From contig CAVXZB010000023.1 in the NCBI GenBank assembly GCA_963765895.1, positions 192,001-256,000 of the forward strand: a stretch of DNA of 64,000 nt, read 5' to 3'. A program made the position numbers and the translations under genes. Every line of letters begins with the position of its first letter. Position 1 is the first letter of the stretch. Shown here piece after piece: positions 55,942 through 64,000 of the stretch. The notes under the pieces are model-generated. The model was not told where the DNA came from. It saw only the letters and a program-made list of their open reading frames with translations, and did not search any database. The stretch comes from an uncultured Nitrososphaeraceae archaeon. Its GTDB lineage: Archaea; Thermoproteota; Nitrososphaeria; Nitrososphaerales; Nitrososphaeraceae.

Positions 55942-56890
55942 GGCTGTGTAGAAACCATCTCATACAGTCAAAGCTTTGTAAGAGTATAATACCAATAGTC
56001 TATTGAAAGAATCAATGTACAGTCAGACTTGCAGGTACTATGTTCCGTGTTTTGAAGCATGCAAGGATTCCTCTATTTTCTAACAGGAAAAGTAATCACA
56101 TATTTACAATATGGCAGCACATAGTTCTAGTTGCTATACGACAGTATGAAGGTAAGAGTTATAGAATGTTTGTCGAGTGGTTAATTGAAGCCTATTACCT
56201 AAGGTCATTTCTACGGTTGTCACGTATTCCTCATTTTACAACATTGCAAAAGTTTACAGATAGAATCAATAATTCATTGCTTGAAAAGATAATTTCGTCA
56301 TTCATTGTAATTAGTGGTACCAAGCATATCTTTGCAGGAATAGATTCAACAGGATTTAAGATAACTCATGCATCACAATATTATACTGATCGAACAGAAT
56401 TGAGAAGAAAATATGCGAAATTATCTATTGGAGTAGATGTATTACAACAAATCATATGTACAATTAAGATAAGACGAGCTCCAACAAGGCATGATAATGT
56501 AGATTTCAGGCCAATTATAACAAGGACATCAAATATTCTTCCATTATCCGTAGTTACAGCTGATAAGGGTTACGATAGTGAAGATAATCACCTTCTCGTA
56601 AGAGAGGACTTACATGCATTCAGTATTATTCCTGCTCGATATGAACATGTACCGATGTGGAGAACACATGGTAAGTACAGAAAGCAGATGAAGCGTGGTT
56701 ACTCCAAATTGCTGTACAATCAACGAAACAAAGATGAAACCATAATATCAGTCATAAAACGACTATTTGGAGAGAATCTTATGTCTAGATTGACTAGAAT
56801 GCAGAACAGAGAGTTATCATTTAGATGTATCACCTACAATATGCATAGACTGACTAATCTTGTAATATTGATGATGTTTTCTACATAGCC
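55942..56890 (+). mobile_element. Complete 949-bp IS5-family insertion sequence
   Basis: TIRs GGCTGTGTAGAAA / TTTCTACATAGCC (12/13 match); 8-bp TSD TCGGTCTT at 55934-55941 and 56891-56898. Confidence 0.95.
56040..56888 (+). CDS. DDE transposase, IS5 family
   Basis: IPHFTTLQKF, GIDSTG, ADKGYD, YNQRNKDET..SVIKR; stop codon lies in the right TIR. Confidence 0.95.
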   Translation: MFRVLKHARIPLFSNRKSNHIFTIWQHIVLVAIRQYEGKSYRMFVEWLIEAYYLRSFLRLSRIPHFTTLQKFTDRINNSLLEKIISSFIVISGTKHIFAGIDSTGFKITHASQYYTDRTELRRKYAKLSIGVDVLQQIICTIKIRRAPTRHDNVDFRPIITRTSNILPLSVVTADKGYDSEDNHLLVREDLHAFSIIPARYEHVPMWRTHGKYRKQMKRGYSKLLYNQRNKDETIISVIKRLFGENLMSRLTRMQNRELSFRCITYNMHRLTNLVILMMFST

Positions 56891-57139
56891 TCGGTCTTCT
56901 ATAAGTAATGAAATTAAACTCATTTTTTTAGATCGCCTCGCCAATTCCGATACCAATGATTGTTGCTATTTAGCGGCAAGCCATCAATAACTTTGACAAG
57001 GTATTTAATTTGTATTAAGAAGCATGATCTTGTATGAACCTGTTTGCAGGAGAGTCAAGATAGAATGAGGCACTTCAGTAGGCTTACTCTATGTCCCGAA
57101 TCACTGAAAATTTTATGTAGTCGTATCGTTATTACGATC

Positions 57140-57605
57140 TTATTTTATTACCAGAACGGGACATGTAGAGTAGGTTGCCACTCCTAAGGCAACGCTCCCG
57201 AGCAGTAGTCTTTTGAATCCCGACAGCCCTCTGGTTCCCATCACAATCAAGTCTGCGTTTTGCTCTTCGGCATATTCTACAATCGCAGATTCAACTGATA
57301 ACTGAGTATCGACTATTTCAGTCCTAAACTTGATTTGAGTCAGCTTCAGCATCTTGAATAACTTTTTCGAACCACTCTTTGGTTCTCAATTCTCTTTTCT
57401 CCCTATCATGTTCAGTTTCATTTGGGGCGGGTGCAAGTCCGTAAGATGATAACGACTTATGAAGCACAGTTATGGCAATCAGTTCTGCTGAGCATGATTT
57501 GGCTAACTCGATTGCGTAATGAGCAGCGTCTCTAGAGGACTCCGAGCCATCGATTGCCAATAATATCTTGGAGAAGCCGCCAACCGTTACACCACTTGTA
57601 TTCAT
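57140..57605 (-). CDS. uspA: Universal stress protein; frameshift near 57345
   Basis: [11 protein letters not shown] and [27 protein letters not shown] in adjacent frames. Confidence 0.9.
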
Positions 57606-57908
57606 AGGCAAATTTGCCTCATATACGATCACATCTTTATGAGTAATAAATACTGTTTGCAATGAATTTAGACAAGATAGGATTAATAGATACAGCGCTA
57701 GATCGATTTTAACGTATTAAGAATATTGACATGCACGCCACCTTTAGCATTACAAGACAGTTTAGTTAAGAAGTTGGTTTCTGCACCGCAAAGGTTTACA
57801 TTATTTATCAAAATACGCCGAAGGGAGTCCATTGACTGTGACTCTACTTTCAAAGGCAGCAAACCATAATTATTTAATAGTACCTTACTGATTCAAAGTC
57901 CGATTCGA

Positions 57909-58115
57909 ATGGGCAAAATCGAAAAGGGTATTAATTGCGATGTTCAGGGTTGTGACGAAAAGGCAGAAAGATCCATGAGCGGATCGAAAGCGGCTATGGC
58001 CACTAGTTTGACTGTCAACTCCGGTAAGAGGGTCTATCTTTGTAGGACTCATTACAAAGAGTGGAAGAAAGCAACAAAGGAAGATAGAGAAACTGAAAGA
58101 GCTCGTTGGGGTTAG
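57909..58115 (+). CDS. Small zinc-binding protein
   Basis: CDVQGC...LCRTHY (C3H pattern). Confidence 0.78.
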   Translation: MGKIEKGINCDVQGCDEKAERSMSGSKAAMATSLTVNSGKRVYLCRTHYKEWKKATKEDRETERARWG

Positions 58116-58835
58116 ATAGTCAGTACTCATTTCAGCTTTTTAAGCTGCATAATCAGTACCTAAAAGAGTAATATCGTTTATGAATCGATACTCTCGAGAT
58201 AGAGTATAAATTGTCAAAAGGTGGAATTTACCTTAGTGAACTTTGCCATCATGACCAGGTCAACCAAGAAAATACTATTGGCAAGGTAATTCCTATTCAT
58301 TAGTATAGTTGTTGAACTGAATTATGATCCATCCAAAAGGATGTCGATTGCGAATTAATTTGAATCTCAGAGGTTCATCATGTATAAAAATCCGAAAGGC
58401 ATTATCTGCATTAGTCGAAAGTTAGTGGACTTGGTCCAGACAAATTTCAAATATTAGATTCAAAGGTGTCAAAGGGCGAAAGATAGAGATAAAGTTCTCG
58501 CAAGTGTAAGTTGTGATGAACCCGAATCCGGAAAAATTAGCACAAGTAGGTCAGCAAGAACAAGATATGTTTTTGCCGCTGATCGGTTTGTTTTATCTAG
58601 ATTGCCTAGGGGATACGATAACGGCTCATTTAGAGAAGATGATAAGTAGTATCGAAAAGATTGTATAATTCAGAATAAAGGATCATCCAAATTCTCAGTT
58701 TAAGTAAAACACTGGACTTGTTAGCCCTTTGCAAATGAGCATGATGAGTTGCAATATGGTTTAAGTTAAAAGCCCTGCTACGACAGTCCAAAGCCTTTAA
58801 TCCAACTCGCCTGCATACATCTCTTCAACTGACAA

Positions 58836-60741
58836 ATGCGCCTATTACAACTTCATTCAGATTTTGTAGAATATGAGCCAGTAGATAAAGAAATTAGCGA
58901 AGCTGAAGTAATTATCTCAAAATCTAAGCAACGAATCGAAGAAGTCGTATTGAATCTAATAACAGTAGAACTTGGGGATGACGAAGAAGTAGTGTCTGCA
59001 GCACTTGAAGAGATCCATAGTTATTTGGCAAAGGTAAAAAGCAAAAAGATATTAATTTATCCTTACTCTCATTTAAGTTCAAATCTTGCTCCTCCAAATA
59101 TTGCGTTTAGTATATTGAAATCTATAGAATCATCTGCAAGAAAATCATTAGAGGTCTACAGGGCACCCTTTGGATGGACCAAATCACTTAATGTCAAGGT
59201 TAAAGGACACCCCTTGGCTGAGAATTTCAGAATATTTTCTAAGAGTGAATCGTCCATTGGCCAAGATCATGTTTCGAAGGCTCATGGTTCTGAAGACGAC
59301 ATTTCTCATGCATTAAAGGCAGAAGAGAAATTAGCCTCCTCATGGTTCATTATGAAGCCAGGTGGCAAGATGATTCCTGTGAATCAGTATAAATTCGAGG
59401 AAGGTGAAGATAATCTAAAAATTCTTGCAAATTACGAAATTTTGAAGAAAAGGTCTGTCGAGGAGGTACCTCCACATGTTAGACTAATGAAAAAGATGTC
59501 TATCGCAGATTATGAACCAGCATCTGATGCTGGCAACATGCGGTTTTACCCAAAGGGGAGACTAATGAAATCTTTGATAGAACGATACGTTACAGATCGC
59601 GTAATTGCCTCTGGTGGTATGGAAATAGAGACTCCTATAATGTATGATTCCAAACATCCATCTATGGAGAGCTATTTTAATAGATTTCCGGCTCGTCAGT
59701 ATAGTATCCTCTCTGACAATAATCGGCAATTTTTTCTAAGGTTTGCCGCCTGCTTTGGGCAGTTTCTAATGGCAAGAGATTTTCAGCTGTCATATAAACA
59801 TTTACCAATTAGACTTTATGAACTTAGTAGATATAGTTTTCGAAGAGAAAAGAGTGGTGAGCTTGTCGGGCTCCGCCGTCTAAGGGCTTTTAGCATGCCA
59901 GATTGCCACGCATTTTGTAAGGATATGAACCAAGCAAAGGAAGAATTCCTGAGGAGGTTCAGATTATCGATGGAAGTAATAGATGGTTTAGGATTATCAA
60001 CTAGAGGAGATCTTGAAATGGCGATACGCTTTACGGAAGAATTTTACCAAGACAACGAAGATTTCATAAGGGAGATTGTAAGTAAGTTTGGAAAGTCTGT
60101 CTTGATTGAAACGTGGCGAGAACGCTTTTTTTATTTTACATTAAAATGGGAATTTAACTTCGTGGACAATCTTGGTAAAGCCTCGGCCTTATCTACAGAT
60201 CAGATTGATGTAGAGAATGGAGAACGATATGGTATCGAATTTGTAGACGAAGACGGTAGTATTAAGTATCCTATAATTTTACACAATTCGCCAAGTGGCG
60301 CAGTAGAACGCGTGATATATGCGCTGTTAGAGAAAGGCAGCAAAATTTGCAAGGATGGGCAACAAACCCACATTTCCATTATGGCTTATTCACACCCAGG
60401 TTCGAATTATTCCAGTCTCGAGGCTACACATGAACTTTTGCGAGAAAATGCTGGAATACCTCTGTAGCATGAGAATTAGAACAGATTTAGACGACCGAGA
60501 AGAATCTGTTTCGAAAAGAATTAGGGAATCTGAAACTGAATGGATAAGATACACACTGGTAGTCGGTGACAAGGAAATAGAGGAGGAGAGATTTATGATT
60601 CGTGACAGAGTTCTAGGAAGGCAAAGGATCATGGCATTGAAAGATCTGGTTATTGAGATACATTCTGAAACTGAAGATAAGCCTTACCAACAACTGAATC
60701 TGCCTAGTCACCTTTCAAAGAGACCGCAAATAATGGTCTGA
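58836..60741 (+). CDS. thrS: Threonyl-tRNA synthetase (archaeal editing domain); frameshift near 60357
   Basis: MRLLQLHSD, YPYSHLS, PFGWTK, GHPLAE, FAACFGQF, FRREKSGE, MPDCH, ILHNSPSGAVER; anticodon domain in next frame. Confidence 0.97.
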
Positions 60742-62170
60742 ATTCCCGCCACTTTCAAATCTTCAATGGAAGATGATAGTTAACGAGTTATCTGAGTTAC
60801 CTCGCAATTTTGGATGAGAATTACAGTAGAATTTCGTTGCCCAAATACGATATTCACTAGGTTTCAACCAAAAGTTTGAGTCATTTTACCATGTCAGGTT
60901 TTATTTAGACTGACTCGAAAAAACCCATCAAGTGGTATATCAAATTATGGACATTGAGTCTAATAAGTTATTAAATAAATATACAATTGGCCGACTGGAA
61001 AGTTAGTGTTTGCATTGATGATAAAAGATCTAGAATCTAACGAAGCATATGCCCTGGGAACAAATATCAATGCGACCCTCCGCAATTTTAATACAGCCTC
61101 ATACGTTGAATGAGGGGTTCATTTTTAGTTTTCTTTATGAGATCTCAACTTTGGATTGATAATTTGGCTATTCCAAAGTTATGCTCCGTTTGTCCAACGT
61201 AATTATCGTAATTTGAACTGTATTCCCATTAAGAGGGATTTGACACAACTGTCGTAATTATAAAGCCAGACTCGTGTTGTATCAAACCAGTTTTTATCAA
61301 TCTTCAATTGATGCAAGGTAGTATTCTAGGAGGCGGATTCATCTGGGACATGAAGAGTATCAAATAGCACTTATTCGAACTTTTAGTAAATGATTATAAG
61401 GACTTTCTGACAATGGTTCTGTATCTACGATAAGTAAAGCGGAAAGCGATAGTATGATTCTAATAATGATTACGACCCGGCGACTCATGATATATGGTTT
61501 AGGTAGTTGTTCGACTGTCATAACTTAACTCTGAACTATAAATATTTCTTTAAAGAGGTATATTCTATTTAGGAATTTTGCCGTCACCCAATTCATGAAC
61601 GTAAAGTCTTATAGATGATATTGTTCAAAGTACTCACGTGATTTATCAATTGAATTGAACAAATTTTCTATTGAATCAATTTCGAGCACAGATGAATTGG
61701 GAATTTGAAATATAGATATTCAATCACTAGAATCAAGATATAAATTCGAATTCCCCGTTCACTTATCTGAGTCGTTCTGATGAAGTAATCTCGATTTATT
61801 TGACTGTTCTTGTCACTTCGTATGATTAGGTTCAGAAAATAAAATGGTGTATGTTGAGTACGAAGTCGAATTCATAATTGAGATACTAAGGCTTAACCCA
61901 TGAGAACAAAATAGGATCAAATGTTAGGATAAGTAGTTGATAAATAGTTAACAATTCCTGTGAAAAATTTGCTGTGAAAAAAAGCAATAGCTGGGATTTT
62001 TTATGGTCCTTATTCACTCACCTAGATAGAGTTGTTTTTACACAAATTTGCTTTCAGTATTGTGTAAGGAGTACATTTATCAATACCGCAGATAAATCAT
62101 AGCGGATATACATATGCAATTAAGGATATTGTGCAGCATCTAATCGCTTCCCCCGGGACGCAGGTTTAGG

Positions 62171-62506
62171 TTAACTCTTCAAGTGATATTTCTCAATTGG
62201 TGCAGTACCTTCTTTATACGTAATAGTTAGTGTATCACCCACTTTATAATGACAATTCGAAATTGAGCGAGGTTCACGGTCTGATGACTCAACTATACAT
62301 GTACCTTGATCATCCTTAATTACAACTCGGGCATTATCAGTAATTTCCCTCCTGAATAGATCCTTCAACGGAAACCCAAAGAGGAATTGAACGCCAAAAA
62401 CCGCCCCTATAATAACTAAAATAGCAAGTGCAGCCATTTTCTTGCCAGACATTTTAGAGAAAGGAGATGAGTCCATATCAGATCCAGAATCGAAATCGTA
62501 TCCCAC
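62171..62506 (-). CDS. Single-TM hypothetical protein with small OB-like domain
   Basis: One TM helix, then C..C and YKVGDTLTITY. Confidence 0.7.
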   Translation of the reverse strand: MGYDFDSGSDMDSSPFSKMSGKKMAALAILVIIGAVFGVQFLFGFPLKDLFRREITDNARVVIKDDQGTCIVESSDREPRSISNCHYKVGDTLTITYKEGTAPIEKYHLKS

Positions 62507-63156
62507 TAATTATGCACAGTATTTACTATGCTGATATGCGATTTAAGAATATATCATTGCAAGGCCTTGTTCTAAATAATTTTAGAGGTATTGAGAGTTA
62601 ATTTACTGCCGGACACTGACCTCAAAGAAAAGAAATACATTCTAAACATTGAGCTCAATGCCGTTATCCCCTATCTTACCTCGTATGCCAATACAGAAAT
62701 TCTCTCTAGCCGTTTAAGTTAGTAATGCAATGAATGTTAGTGCTAATTATGCCATAGGCGCTGTCATCTATCGGAGTCTATTCTTATCTAGTATGGCAGA
62801 ATACTGTAAGTCAAATAATTATGCTTAAGTTGACAAGTGTTATCACTACCAAATTACAATCGATTACAACCCTCTGCCAAAATGCAAAGTTGGAAGTCTT
62901 CATAAATTCAATCGCTTGTGATTTCATGATAATACCTTTATCTCTGGAGATTAGATTATATTTTATTCTACTATCATTCAAATGAAACTGTCATAATTTA
63001 TATAGAATTAATTGAATGTTCTAAATCCGACACCATAAATTTATCCTAAAAGTGTTCATGATTATTTACTTGGGTGATTCCATCTTTCATCAGAATTCAA
63101 ATAATAGTCAAAGTTAAGAGTGTGGTCCAATAAACTCTAGTATTTAGATATAGATC

Positions 63157-63777
63157 ATGGCCAATAGACGAATAGACGAAAACAGGAAGTCTCTCGAAGA
63201 TTACGGAACAAGGGTAAAATCGCTTAAGAAAATGGCCGCGACGGGTATTATATTAATTTTGGCTGTGGGTATTCTGACTATTTTCTTGGAAGGCCTCATT
63301 CCTGAAACTTATCTGAGATACGTAAAGATTGTAGAAGTGGGTATTATCGGATATTTCTTCATACAGGTTGTAAGTGAAGCAATTTATAGAGTAACACGCG
63401 ATTACTTTCAAGCAAACGCAAGTGCCATAAAGGCTTTCGTCAGAATCACTACTGCAATCATATTTGCAGCCATTATCCTCTCATATCTTAGCGACGATCC
63501 GTTCTTGGCGGCATCTATCACTACTGTAGCGGGCTTGGTTCTTGCCTTTGCCTCACAGACAGTTATGGGTAATATGATAGCAGGGTTATATCTATCACTT
63601 ACGCGACCATTCAAGATTGGGGATAAAATAACAGTCTTTGGAAATACTGGGACTATCTTTGAAATAGGACTGCTATATACCCGGTTGATATCTGAGCACG
63701 GGGATACCATTTTGGCGCCAAGTTCTGCATTAGTGAATTCGGCCATAGTATTGCATCGCGGTCAAAATAAGACTTGA
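63157..63777 (+). CDS. mscS: Small-conductance mechanosensitive channel
   Basis: Several TMs, LAFASQ..GNMIAG, RPFKIGD, GTIFEIGLLYT. Confidence 0.92.
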   Translation: MANRRIDENRKSLEDYGTRVKSLKKMAATGIILILAVGILTIFLEGLIPETYLRYVKIVEVGIIGYFFIQVVSEAIYRVTRDYFQANASAIKAFVRITTAIIFAAIILSYLSDDPFLAASITTVAGLVLAFASQTVMGNMIAGLYLSLTRPFKIGDKITVFGNTGTIFEIGLLYTRLISEHGDTILAPSSALVNSAIVLHRGQNKT

Positions 63778-64000
63778 GCAAGGAATTCATTTTTGTTACT
63801 GGATATGTCGCAAAAATGGTTTACCTCTGAATAATCAAAATACTGATTATTAGTGCGATATTCGTTAGGTATAAAGCACGTATAACAAATAATGTTATTT
63901 AATGTCAATAGAGAGAAGAGATAAACACTTCAGTGAATCTATCACTATATCACTTGCTATAGTCGCTGTTGCTTCTTTACTTGCCACGACCTTGGGGGTA

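Noticed and set aside
55902-55958. N-terminal extension of eL13 in the ORF track
   Set aside because: Its ATG lies inside the IS and it reads through the promoter region.
60742-62170. 1.4-kb ORF-free region as replication origin or mobile remnant
   Set aside because: No ORB repeats, TIRs or recognisable coding remnant; long spacers are normal in this window.

Overview
Chromosomal segment of an ammonia-oxidising archaeon (Thaumarchaeota/Nitrososphaerota, most like soil Nitrososphaeraceae). The assignment rests on AOA-type NirK, eukaryote-like topoisomerase IB, CofG/CofH, GatD/GatE, CdvB (ESCRT-III), zinc-ferredoxin, eL13, intron-containing tRNAs and long AT-rich intergenic spacers. Most genes are housekeeping. 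More than a dozen single-base frameshifts, including in the essential aIF2-gamma, ThrRS and RtcB genes, indicate long-read indel errors rather than biology. The best leads are: a 4xCBS-HPF/RaiA fusion (likely energy-sensing ribosome hibernation factor) in a translation cluster; an exported 79-aa peptide with 30 consecutive His; microproteins missed by the ORF track (a 20-aa Lys-rich peptide, a 47-aa B-box-like Zn finger, a Zn-ribbon protein); a candidate multi-stem ncRNA; a two-intron tRNA-Ser; a genuine cdc48 pseudogene with a microhomology deletion; and a complete IS5-family element with an 8-bp TSD beside the rpl13e promoter. All calls come from reading motifs by eye; no searches were run.
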